From the UHGV virus genome UHGV-0308199: a DNA stretch of 48,244 nucleotides. One strand, given 5' to 3'. The notes under the pieces are model-generated. The model did not search any database, was not told where the DNA came from, and saw nothing but the letters and a program-made list of their open reading frames with translations. The stretch is from a virus. Within the stretch, counting starts at the first letter, position 1; the number at the start of each line of letters is the position of its first letter. The position numbers were made by a program, and so were the translations under genes. Below, in pieces: positions 38,902 through 48,244 of the stretch.

Positions 38902-40320
38902 ATGCCGATTCAGCAACTTCCGCTCATGAAAGGTGTCGGCAAAGACTTCCGAAATGCCGACTATATCGACTATCTGCCAGTGAATATGCTGGCTACCCCC
39001 AAAGAAATCCTGAACAGCAGCGGATATCTTCGCTCATTCCCGGGCATTGCCAAACGTTCTGATGTGAACGGCGTATCGCGCGGCGTCGAGTACAACATGG
39101 CGCAGAGTGCTGTTTATCGCGTGTGTGGTGGCAAGTTGTATAAGGGCGAAAGCGAAGTCGGTGATGTTGCCGGAAGTGGTCGTGTATCAATGGCGCACGG
39201 TCGGACATCTCAGGCTGTAGGCGTTAATGGTCAACTGGTCGAATACCGCTATGATGGCACGGTTAAAACCGTCTCAAACTGGCCTACAGACAGCGGATTC
39301 ACGCAGTATGAGTTAGGCTCAGTCCGCGACATTACGCGCTTACGTGGGCGTTATGCGTGGTCAAAAGATGGTACTGATTCATGGTTTATCACTGACCCTG
39401 AAGACGAATCACATCCTGACCGTTACAGCGCACAATATCGCGCAGAATCGCAGCCTGACGGCATCATCGGCATAGGTACATGGCGAGACTTCATAGTCTG
39501 CTTTGGTTCGTCGACGATTGAATATTTCTCCCTGACTGGTGCAACCACAGTTGGTGCTGCTTTGTATGTCGCACAGCCATCACTGATGGTGCAGAAAGGC
39601 ATTGCCGGAACCTACTGCAAAACGCCGTTTGCTGACTCATATGCGTTCATCAGCAATCCGGCAACAGGTGCGCCGTCTGTGTACATCATCGGCTCCGGTC
39701 AGGTGTCACCAATCGCCAGTGCGAGCATTGAGAAAATCCTCCGCTCCTACACTGCTGATGAACTGGCTGATGGCGTGATGGAATCGTTGCGGTTTGATGC
39801 TCATGAGTTGCTGATTATCCATCTTCCGCGTCACGTCCTCGTGTACGACGCATCTTCAAGCGCCAATGGTCCGCAATGGTGTGTGCTGAAAACAGGACTG
39901 TATGACGATGTGTACCGCGCTATCGACTTCATTTACGAAGGAAATCAGATAACGTGCGGCGATAAGCTGGAATCTGTTACCGGGAAACTGCAATTCGATA
40001 TCAGCAGCCAGTACGACAAGCAACAGGAACACCTGCTGTTTACTCCACTCTTCAAAGCGGATAACGCCAGAGTGTTCGACCTTGAGGTTGAATCGTCAAC
40101 TGGCGTTGCGCAGTACGCCGACCGCCTTTTTCTCTCTGCAACCACTGACGGCATCAATTACGGGCGTGAGCAGATGATTGAGCAGAATGAACCGTTCGTT
40201 TACGACAAACGTGTTTTGTGGAAGCGAGTTGGGCGCATCAGGAAAAATGTCGGCTTCAAATTACGCGTTATCACGAAGTCACCTGTCACTCTGTCTGGCT
40301 GCCAGATAAGGATTGAGTAA
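38902..40320 (+). CDS. tail hub protein (P22 gp10-like)
   Basis: 472 aa, same length and position as P22 gp10. Confidence 0.7.
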   Translation: MPIQQLPLMKGVGKDFRNADYIDYLPVNMLATPKEILNSSGYLRSFPGIAKRSDVNGVSRGVEYNMAQSAVYRVCGGKLYKGESEVGDVAGSGRVSMAHGRTSQAVGVNGQLVEYRYDGTVKTVSNWPTDSGFTQYELGSVRDITRLRGRYAWSKDGTDSWFITDPEDESHPDRYSAQYRAESQPDGIIGIGTWRDFIVCFGSSTIEYFSLTGATTVGAALYVAQPSLMVQKGIAGTYCKTPFADSYAFISNPATGAPSVYIIGSGQVSPIASASIEKILRSYTADELADGVMESLRFDAHELLIIHLPRHVLVYDASSSANGPQWCVLKTGLYDDVYRAIDFIYEGNQITCGDKLESVTGKLQFDISSQYDKQQEHLLFTPLFKADNARVFDLEVESSTGVAQYADRLFLSATTDGINYGREQMIEQNEPFVYDKRVLWKRVGRIRKNVGFKLRVITKSPVTLSGCQIRIE

Positions 40321-41168
40321 TGGCGGATTCGAATCTCAATGTTCCGGTAATCATTCAGGCTGCACGGCTCGACACATCAGTCCTTCCACGCAATATCTTC
40401 TCGCAGTCGTATCTGCTTTACGTTATCGCACAGGGCACTGATGTTGGTAATGTGGCTAACAAGGCCAACGAGGCCGGACAGGGCGCTTATGATGCACAAG
40501 TCAGGAACGATGAGCAGGATGTGATTCTCGCTGACCATGAGCAGCGAATTTCTGCTGCGGAAGCAACGCTTGTTAATCATGAGGAGCGAATCAGCCAGGC
40601 AGAATCAACTCTTCAGGGACATGAAACGCGAATCGCTCAGAATGAAAGCGATATTGCGTCGCTTGATACCAGAGTTCAGTCGCTGGAGTTGCAGGTTTCA
40701 GACCATGAAACGCGCATTGATGCTCTGGAGTATGCAACCACGCGCAAGAAGTCAGAGGTTGTTTACTCTGGCGTATCTGTAACCATCCCGACAGCGCCGA
40801 CCAACCTTGTTAGCCTGCTGAAAACGCTCACGCCGTCATCCGGAACGTTGGCACCATTCTTCGACACCGTTAACAACAAGATGGTTGTGTTCAACGAGAA
40901 CAAAACCTTGTTCTTCAAGCTGTCGATTGTCGGGACGTGGCCCAGCGGAACCGCCAATAGGTCAATGCAGCTAACCTTTTCCGGCTCTGTTCCTGACACA
41001 CTGGTTAGCAGTCGTAATGCGGCGACAACAACCGACAACATCCTGTTAGCTACGTTCTTCAGCGTGGATAAAGACGGCTTTCTTGCCACAAATGGCAGTA
41101 CGTTAACCATTCAGTCGAATGGTGCGGCGTTTAATGCCACAACCATCAAAATCATTGCGGAGCAGTGA
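40320..41168 (+). CDS. tail needle (P22 gp26-like) with C-terminal knob extension
   Basis: N-terminus [43 protein letters not shown] matches recalled gp26; 282 aa versus ~233 in P22. Confidence 0.8.
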   Translation: MADSNLNVPVIIQAARLDTSVLPRNIFSQSYLLYVIAQGTDVGNVANKANEAGQGAYDAQVRNDEQDVILADHEQRISAAEATLVNHEERISQAESTLQGHETRIAQNESDIASLDTRVQSLELQVSDHETRIDALEYATTRKKSEVVYSGVSVTIPTAPTNLVSLLKTLTPSSGTLAPFFDTVNNKMVVFNENKTLFFKLSIVGTWPSGTANRSMQLTFSGSVPDTLVSSRNAATTTDNILLATFFSVDKDGFLATNGSTLTIQSNGAAFNATTIKIIAEQ

Positions 41169-41623
41169 TGATTCAGTTCAAACCAACGCGAAATATCGAC
41201 CTGATCGAAGCAGTCGGAAATCACCCTGACATTATTGCCGGAAGCAACAATGGTGATGGATACGACTACAAGCCTGAATGTCGTTACTTTGAGGTGAACG
41301 TGCACGGTCAGTTCGGCGGCATTGTTTACTATCAGGAGATTCAGCCGCTGACATTCGATTGCCACGCCATGTACCTGCCAGAGATTCGCGGCTTCAGCAA
41401 GGAAATTGGGCTGGCGTTCTGGCGATACATTCTGACTAACACCACCGTTCAGTGCGTCACATCGTTCGCTGCGCGCAAATTCCGCCACGGGCAGATGTAC
41501 TGCGCAATGATTGGCCTTAAGCGTGTCGGAACCATCAAGAAATACTTCAAAGGCGTGGATGACGTGACATTTTACAGTGCTACACGCGAAGAACTAATCG
41601 ACTTCCTGAATCACGGGAGATAG
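41165..41623 (+). CDS. head assembly protein (P22 gp14-like)
   Basis: 152 aa; position between needle and ejection proteins. Confidence 0.5.
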   Translation: MMIQFKPTRNIDLIEAVGNHPDIIAGSNNGDGYDYKPECRYFEVNVHGQFGGIVYYQEIQPLTFDCHAMYLPEIRGFSKEIGLAFWRYILTNTTVQCVTSFAARKFRHGQMYCAMIGLKRVGTIKKYFKGVDDVTFYSATREELIDFLNHGR

Positions 41624-41625
41624 CT

Positions 41626-42318
41626 ATGTTATATGCATTTAAGCTGGGCAGAAAACTGCGCGGAGAGGAACCTTATTGCCCTGAAAAAGGCGGGAAAGGT
41701 GGGTCCGATAAAAGCGCAAAGTATGCAGCAGAAGCTCAGAAGTATGCCGCAGACCTGCAGAATCAGCAGTGGCAGACGATCATGAAAAACCTTGCTCCGT
41801 TCACGCCACTCGCTCAGCAGTACGTATCACAATTGCAGAATCTTTCCTCTCTTCAGGGGCAAGGTCAGGCACTTAACCAGTATTACAACTCTCAGCAGTA
41901 CAAAGATCTTGCTGGTCAGGCTCGCTATCAGAGTCTGGCGGCAGCGGAAGCAACAGGTGGATTGGGTTCCACTGCAACCGGTAATCAGTTAGCAACAATC
42001 GCACCAACGCTTGGTCAGCAGTGGCTGTCTGGTCAGATGAACAACTACCAGAATCTGGCAAATATTGGTCTTGGCGCACTGCAAGGTCAGGCAAACGCCG
42101 GGCAGACATATGCCAACAACATGAGTCAGATTTCGCAGCAAAGTGCGGCTCTTGCCGCTGCTAATGCCAATAAACCATCAGGTCTTCAGACAGCAATTAG
42201 CGGCGGAGCTTCAGGGGCTATGACTGGCGCTGCTCTTGGCTCTATTGTTCCAGGACTTGGCACTGGATTAGGTGCGGCAATGGGCGGCGGACTTGGCCTG
42301 CTTGGCTCGTTGTTTTAA
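41626..42318 (+). CDS. ejection protein (P22 gp7-like)
   Basis: N-terminus MLYAFKLGRKLRGEEP.CPEKGGKGGS, Q/G/A-rich body. Confidence 0.75.
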   Translation: MLYAFKLGRKLRGEEPYCPEKGGKGGSDKSAKYAAEAQKYAADLQNQQWQTIMKNLAPFTPLAQQYVSQLQNLSSLQGQGQALNQYYNSQQYKDLAGQARYQSLAAAEATGGLGSTATGNQLATIAPTLGQQWLSGQMNNYQNLANIGLGALQGQANAGQTYANNMSQISQQSAALAAANANKPSGLQTAISGGASGAMTGAALGSIVPGLGTGLGAAMGGGLGLLGSLF

Positions 42319-42327
42319 GGGGTAATC

Positions 42328-43716
42328 ATGGCTACTTGGCAAGGAACAAACGGCGGATTGTTGGCTGGTATCGGCGGCGTCAACTCAAACGCCCCGAGCG
42401 TAAATGACATCGGCAATACGCTTCAGCTTATCAGGCAGAACAATGATATTGAGCGTTCAGGCGCTAACAATGTTGGGCTGACTGCTTTGCAAGGCCTTTC
42501 AGGTATTGCAGGGGTGCTTCAGCAGGAAAAGCAGGCTCAGCGGCAGAAAGAATTTCAGCAGGCGTACGCTAATGCTTATGCGTCTGGTGATCGCGGTGCT
42601 TTGCGTCAGTTGGCTACTCAATATCCAGACCAGATTGAATCCGTTCGTAAAGGCATGGGATTCATTGATGAAGACCAGCGTAATTCTATCGGCACCTTAG
42701 CGGCTGGCGCACGCCTTGCGTCATCGTCTCCAGAAGCAATGCAATCATGGCTGCAAAACAACGCCAAGGAACTGGCGCGCGTCGGCGTTGACCCTAACAA
42801 CGTTGCTCAGATGTATCAGCAGAATCCTTCAGGATTTGGCGAGTTTGTTGATCACCTCGGAATGGCTGCTCTTGGTCCGATTGATTACTTCAATGTTCAG
42901 GACAAGATGGCTGGTCGTGAGATTGACAGAGGCAGACTGGCAGAGACAATCCGCAGCAATCAGGCCGGAGAGGCGCTAACAGCACGAGGTCAAAACATCA
43001 CGATGCGCGGTCAGGATTTATCTGCTTCTACTGCGCGACGCGGGCAGGATTTGGCAATGCAGCGAGCGTCAACAAGAGGAACCGCTGGGAATGATGAGCG
43101 TACAGTTCAGTTATCAGATGGCAGAACTGTAACGGTAGGCGGGAAGCTTCACGGCGCTGGGGCTAATGCGTTCTACGAAGGCATCGACAACGAGGGGAAT
43201 ATGGTTCGCGTTCCTGCCAGTTCAATCGCAGCGCCTGCAACATCGTCTGCATCAGCACAAAACTATGCCATGAAGAAGGATATCGACGCGATCGCAAATG
43301 CAGACGCTTCTGCTCTCGATTTCATGACAGGAATGACCGGCGGTGCAGGTAACCCGGCAATTGGTGCTGATGTTCGCAGCCGATTAACAGGAAAAGAGCA
43401 GCGCCAGTTATATAACTCAGCACAACGTATTCAGGGAAGAATGCAGAATCAGGGCGTGGCGGCAGCAAGGGACATGGGTGCCAGTGGTATTAACACCGTT
43501 GCAGAAGCGAAGATGTATTTTCAGGGGATGCCGCAGGTTGACTATTCAAGCCCGGAGGCTATGCAGCAGTCGATTCGTGAAATTCAGGAATACACCAACA
43601 ATTACAACCAACAATATAACGTTAATGTTGGTAAATCTCAGCGGAAGCAATCTCAATCTGCACAGGTATCACAGCCAGCAGCCAGCAGTAACTTTTCTTC
43701 ACTATGGGGTGATTAA
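42328..43716 (+). CDS. ejection protein (P22 gp20-like)
   Basis: 462 aa; size and position. Confidence 0.6.
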   Translation: MATWQGTNGGLLAGIGGVNSNAPSVNDIGNTLQLIRQNNDIERSGANNVGLTALQGLSGIAGVLQQEKQAQRQKEFQQAYANAYASGDRGALRQLATQYPDQIESVRKGMGFIDEDQRNSIGTLAAGARLASSSPEAMQSWLQNNAKELARVGVDPNNVAQMYQQNPSGFGEFVDHLGMAALGPIDYFNVQDKMAGREIDRGRLAETIRSNQAGEALTARGQNITMRGQDLSASTARRGQDLAMQRASTRGTAGNDERTVQLSDGRTVTVGGKLHGAGANAFYEGIDNEGNMVRVPASSIAAPATSSASAQNYAMKKDIDAIANADASALDFMTGMTGGAGNPAIGADVRSRLTGKEQRQLYNSAQRIQGRMQNQGVAAARDMGASGINTVAEAKMYFQGMPQVDYSSPEAMQQSIREIQEYTNNYNQQYNVNVGKSQRKQSQSAQVSQPAASSNFSSLWGD

Positions 43717-45713
43717 TGGCTAAAGCATGGAAAGATGTTATCGCCTCTCCACAGTATCAGGCGTTAGCACCAGAACAAAAAGCGCAGGCTCAGGAGCAAT
43801 ACTTCAATGAAGTCGTGGCCCCGCAAGCCGGAGAAAATGCAGAGCAGGCTAAGCAAGCTTTCTATGCTGCCTATCCATTGCCATCTGTGCAGCCAGTGGA
43901 GACACAACAACCAGTAGCACAGCAACAACCACAGCAAAGTGGATTTATGTCTGATCTTGGTGAAGCAGTAAAAGAGACTGGTCGTGGACTGGTGCAGGCT
44001 GGCGTGAACGTGGCAAACATACCTGCATCAGTTGCCGATGCTGTAACAAGCGCGGCGGCTTGGGCTGGCGGTAAACTCGGTATTGGCGATGGTACATATC
44101 AACCAGCACCACGAGTAACAACGCAGGGATTAGAGCAGGACTTTGGCCTTCAGCAAGGTGCGCTGACTCCACAAACGACAGAGGGAAGGGTATTTTCTGA
44201 AGCATTGCCTTACCTCACTCCTGCTGGCGTTGAGAGAGCGGCAACACAGGCACCAACACTTGCTGGTCGAATTGCTCAGGGGGCAACTCGCCTTCTCGCA
44301 GAAAACGCAGTTGGATCACTTGCTGCAAATAGTGCGAAAGATGATGCGGAAGCACTCGCCACCGATTTAGGCGTTGGTGTGCTGGCTGGCGGTGCTATTA
44401 ACGCTGCCGGACGTGGATTAGGTGCTGCTTATCGTGGCGTTCGTGGTTCTATTGCGCCAGAAGCGCAGCAGGCTATCAGATTTGCAGAGCGTGAAGGAGT
44501 TCCTCTGCACACCACAGACCTGTTACAACCAACTTCCCGCGTCGGAAAAATGGCGCAGACTACAGCAGAAAATATCCCTCTGGCTGGCACAAGCGGAATG
44601 AGAGCAACGCAACAGGAAGCGAGAAGCCAGTTGGTGCAGAGATTTGCTGATAAATTTGGTGAGTATGATCCAGCGGTTGTTATTGACAGCCTTAAAGCGA
44701 AAACATCAGGAATTCGTCGTGCCGCCGGTAATCGACTGGAGCAGGTTCAGAATGCTATGGCTGGAGTAAACATTCAGCCTGCGCGAGCAATTCAGCAGAT
44801 TGATACTGAGATATCTAATCTGCAGAAGCTTGGTAAGGTAGCTGATAACGAGACAATTTCAAAACTTCAGTCATATCGTGATGAGCTTGTTCGCAATGCT
44901 GGTCCTGATGGTCCGGTAAATCTGGATTTGAAGCAATTAAGCGACCTGCGCAGCCAGTTCAGAATGGACGTGAAGGGTGAGCGCCCAGTGTTACCAAACC
45001 GTTCCGATGCTGCCATTCAGCGCGTTTACAAGGCAATGACTGACGATATCAATGGTGCCATTGGTCAGAATCTTGGCAACGATACTCTCCGTAAATATCA
45101 GCAGGCCAATGCCGTCTACGCTGACGAAGCGGCGAAACTAAAGAATACCAGGCTGAAGAATGTTCTCATGAAAGGCGACCTGACGCCGGAAGTTGTCAAC
45201 AACATGCTATTCAGCAAGAACAAATCGGAAATTAAGACGCTGTATAACTCAGTTGGTCGTGTTGGCAGGGCGCAAATGCGCAATGGCATCATTGGAAAGG
45301 CGATGGAGAAATCTGGCGGATCCCCTGACCAGTTCCTTCGGCAGCTTAACATCCTGCAAAACCAGACTGGCATCACATTTAAGGGGCAGGACGCTGCTTA
45401 TCTGAAAGGATTAAAAAACTACCTACAATCCACGCAGCAGGCTGCAAAAGCGGCAGTAACAACACCCACAGGGCAGCAAACTATCCCGTTCATTATTGGG
45501 TATGGGACGGCAATGAACCCGGCGACAACTGGCGCAGCAGTAAGCTACGGACTTCTTACTCGCGCCTATGAGAGCGAGCCATTCAGAAATGCAATGCTCC
45601 GAATGGCAAACACCCCACGCGGATCAACAGAGTTTGAGAAAACCATGCAGCAGGCACAAAAGGCAATTAACGCCCTGACGCAGGGTGCGAAGTCTGATTC
45701 GTTGTCAGAATAG
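43716..45713 (+). CDS. ejection protein (P22 gp16-like)
   Basis: 665 aa; size and position. Confidence 0.6.
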   Translation: MAKAWKDVIASPQYQALAPEQKAQAQEQYFNEVVAPQAGENAEQAKQAFYAAYPLPSVQPVETQQPVAQQQPQQSGFMSDLGEAVKETGRGLVQAGVNVANIPASVADAVTSAAAWAGGKLGIGDGTYQPAPRVTTQGLEQDFGLQQGALTPQTTEGRVFSEALPYLTPAGVERAATQAPTLAGRIAQGATRLLAENAVGSLAANSAKDDAEALATDLGVGVLAGGAINAAGRGLGAAYRGVRGSIAPEAQQAIRFAEREGVPLHTTDLLQPTSRVGKMAQTTAENIPLAGTSGMRATQQEARSQLVQRFADKFGEYDPAVVIDSLKAKTSGIRRAAGNRLEQVQNAMAGVNIQPARAIQQIDTEISNLQKLGKVADNETISKLQSYRDELVRNAGPDGPVNLDLKQLSDLRSQFRMDVKGERPVLPNRSDAAIQRVYKAMTDDINGAIGQNLGNDTLRKYQQANAVYADEAAKLKNTRLKNVLMKGDLTPEVVNNMLFSKNKSEIKTLYNSVGRVGRAQMRNGIIGKAMEKSGGSPDQFLRQLNILQNQTGITFKGQDAAYLKGLKNYLQSTQQAAKAAVTTPTGQQTIPFIIGYGTAMNPATTGAAVSYGLLTRAYESEPFRNAMLRMANTPRGSTEFEKTMQQAQKAINALTQGAKSDSLSE

Positions 45714-45877
45714 CTTTGCAAACACCAGAAATGTGCAAAAACCAAATATATAGAACGCAATATTCAACAGATATTTTTGCATAGACTCATTTCATAGTTA
45801 ACAAATCATAACTTACATTAATGCAATGCCGGGCAAGTTGCATCTTGTTCCGCATTGCTACGTCTGGAGAAAATTAA

Positions 45878-48244
45878 ATGACAGACATTACAGCCAATGT
45901 TGTAGTGAGTATGCCTTCGCAACTTTTCACTATGGCGCGTTCTTTTAAAGCAGTAGCCAACGGCAAAATTTATATCGGAAAAATTGACACTGACCCGGTA
46001 AGTCCAGAAAACCAGATTCAGGTTTATGTAGAGAACGAAGACGGCTCTCATGTTCCTGTTTCGCAACCAATCATCATTAACGCTGCTGGATATCCGGTAT
46101 ATAACGGGCAGATTGCCAAATTCGTAACTGTGCAAGGCCATTCTATGGCTGTATATGATGCATATGGCACTCAGCAGTTTTATTTTCCAAATGTATTAAA
46201 ATACGATCCTGATCAACTTAGGGAAGAGATTTTTTCTGACCGTATGCTGTTAATTACGCCACAGCATTATGGGGCGAAAGGTGACGGTGTTAACGATGAT
46301 ACGGTGGCATTTATTGCAGCAGCAAATGCTCTTGGAGATGGTGGAAAGTTATATATTCCAACTGGAACATATAATTTAATTGGACCAGTTAATATACCAC
46401 CAGTGAATATGTGTGGCGATGGACAGGGTAAAACGGTTATTGTGTTTGATAATACCACATCACCAAAAGATGGATTTGTTTTCGCTGCACCAACTAAGCA
46501 TGATGTTGAATTTGGTTTAAGTCACCTTACAATTAAAAGCAAAGGCGGGAATGGCGCTAATGCCATATATACCCCAAGAGGTGTCGGGCTTAATCATCTA
46601 AGGCCAAAACCAACATTTAGATTTTTATCTTTCTGTTCTGAGACTGCAAATATTGATTCTGATGAATTCGCACAGAAGTACGGTTGGGAATGGTCTTTTA
46701 ACTGTGGTGATAGTTGGCAGTTCACAATCGAACGCATTGATGCTGTTGGATGTTATCAGATAGCCAAAAGTTATAATGAACAGTTCCTTGATGGATTCAT
46801 TCGCACCGCTCCAGAAGAAGGTATTTTATCCATGCGTGTGAGTGATATCACAACGCATAACGTTGCCAATTTTTTTGAAATTAAGCAGAAGACATATTTC
46901 AATCTTACCAATGTCGATGTTGCTAGATCCCTAAACGGTGTTTATGATGCTCAGGATAGAGTGTTCGAATCAAATCGCTATGCGTATGGTGAGTCTATAT
47001 GGACAAACGTTATCATTAATAGCCAGCTTCACCCTATTAATCTTGATAACAGATTTCTTTTGATTGCTAATGGACTAGCCATACATAGAGCAGGAGGAGG
47101 ATATGACCACGGAAATGAATGGGTAGGAATTAGACTCATCAGACCAAGAGTGTGCACCATTAATGGATTGGAGATTAGCAGTGCATCAGGTTATACGACG
47201 ACTAAAAAAGGAATAATTATAGATGGTGGCGATGCAAACAACTTCATTAATGTAAGTTTTGGTACATTGGATATTGGAGCTCAGATAGGAGTAACATCAT
47301 CAATACATGGAGCAAATCAGGCGACAAACTTTTCCAATATTAGCATTAATGCTAATGTCACAACATTACTTAACATACAAAACGCACGTGGTTTTAATTG
47401 CAGCCAGTATACTGCATCTCCTCTCTACACTCTTGCCAATTTAATGGTCAATGATGACAAAGTAAATAACACATTTACACTTACAAATATTGATGGCAAA
47501 AATAATTACACTGATAACTCTATTTATCTTTATAATCAGGAAGCATCAGAAGATACCAAAAGATGGAGGATAGATACTCGTACCGGATACACACTATCCA
47601 CTCAGAAAGACAATGGTGCACAAGGTAATAACGCTATCATTATTCGTCGCAGTGGAATAATTGTAGACTCTATAGAATTACGCACAAAAAACGATTCTGG
47701 CGGATATCTTCTTCATACATCACCTGAAACTCATTTTTCTGGCCTTATAAAACCAACTGTTGATAATGTTAACTCAAACGGAACATCAGCATTTCGATGG
47801 TCACAGGTATACGCTGGTACTGGCAGTATCAACACGTCGAATGAAGAGCTGAAATTGCGTATTGAGGCTGACGAGAAAACAACAGAATCAGAGCGTCTTG
47901 CTGCGCTTGAAATAAAGAAAAATATCTGGAGGTTTAAATTTAAAGATGCAGTAAAGATCAAGAGTGATGGCGCTCGGATTCATTTCGGTGTTGGTGCACA
48001 AACTGTAGGTAATATTCTCAGAAAATACGGTCTTGACCCTAATAACTATGCGTTCTGGTGTTATGATGAATGGGATGATATTTATGCTCCAGAGGTATTA
48101 ATTAGGAGTGTTAAAAACAATGAAACAGGAGAGTGGTACGACGAGGAATATTACACAGGAAGGCAGGTTATTATTAAACCTGCTGGTTATCAGTATGGTA
48201 TCAGATACGAGGAACTTCTGATGTTTATTCTTATGTTTATTTAA
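45878..48244 (+). CDS. tailspike: P22-type head-binding N-terminus + pectate-lyase-like beta-helix + C-terminal intramolecular-chaperone domain
   Basis: N-terminus [11 protein letters not shown]...[21 protein letters not shown]...VLKYDPDQ matches recalled P22 gp9; [18 protein letters not shown] motif; C-terminus resembles endosialidase-chaperone domain; stop at 48242-48244. Confidence 0.85.
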   Translation: MTDITANVVVSMPSQLFTMARSFKAVANGKIYIGKIDTDPVSPENQIQVYVENEDGSHVPVSQPIIINAAGYPVYNGQIAKFVTVQGHSMAVYDAYGTQQFYFPNVLKYDPDQLREEIFSDRMLLITPQHYGAKGDGVNDDTVAFIAAANALGDGGKLYIPTGTYNLIGPVNIPPVNMCGDGQGKTVIVFDNTTSPKDGFVFAAPTKHDVEFGLSHLTIKSKGGNGANAIYTPRGVGLNHLRPKPTFRFLSFCSETANIDSDEFAQKYGWEWSFNCGDSWQFTIERIDAVGCYQIAKSYNEQFLDGFIRTAPEEGILSMRVSDITTHNVANFFEIKQKTYFNLTNVDVARSLNGVYDAQDRVFESNRYAYGESIWTNVIINSQLHPINLDNRFLLIANGLAIHRAGGGYDHGNEWVGIRLIRPRVCTINGLEISSASGYTTTKKGIIIDGGDANNFINVSFGTLDIGAQIGVTSSIHGANQATNFSNISINANVTTLLNIQNARGFNCSQYTASPLYTLANLMVNDDKVNNTFTLTNIDGKNNYTDNSIYLYNQEASEDTKRWRIDTRTGYTLSTQKDNGAQGNNAIIIRRSGIIVDSIELRTKNDSGGYLLHTSPETHFSGLIKPTVDNVNSNGTSAFRWSQVYAGTGSINTSNEELKLRIEADEKTTESERLAALEIKKNIWRFKFKDAVKIKSDGARIHFGVGAQTVGNILRKYGLDPNNYAFWCYDEWDDIYAPEVLIRSVKNNETGEWYDEEYYTGRQVIIKPAGYQYGIRYEELLMFILMFI

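Larger units (their letters stand above)
11100..48244. mobile_element. P22-like lambdoid prophage (early-left operon through tailspike); right end beyond window
   Basis: P22-type N and nut sites, lambda-type CII/S/R/Rz, P22-type portal/coat/gp4/gp10/gp26/gp7/gp20/gp16/tailspike order. Confidence 0.85.

Overview
All calls are from reading the sequence and ORF track by eye; no searches or computations were run. The window holds two adjacent mobile elements of an enterobacterial type. (1) Positions ~1-10.7 kb (possibly to ~11.1 kb) look like a P4-like phage satellite: AlpA-family regulator, a P2-family major-capsid-like gene, a structured leader with repeats and a terminator, a P4 alpha-type primase-helicase, an iteron origin, an Ogr/Delta activator, then an AT-rich two-gene cargo block wedged against the 3' end of a P4-family tyrosine integrase. 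That position matches the known satellite defense hotspot, and the two cargo genes are the best candidate for an undescribed anti-phage system. (2) From ~11.1 kb to the end is a P22-like lambdoid prophage: leftward early operon (P22-type N, RecT), cI/cro/cII immunity with P22-type nut sites, O-like initiator with internal iterons, DnaB-type helicase, nin region, Q, lambda-type S/R/Rz/Rz1 lysis cassette, and a P22-type morphogenesis block ending in a mosaic tailspike. Two HNH-AP2 homing-endonuclease genes (one fused to a duplicated ninB 5' end) and two tandem tRNA genes are embedded in the prophage. att sites were not resolved, so ownership of the int/AlpA-like pair at 9.5-11.1 kb is uncertain. 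The supplied ORF track is not exhaustive: several short genes (NinE, NinF, others) are absent from it.
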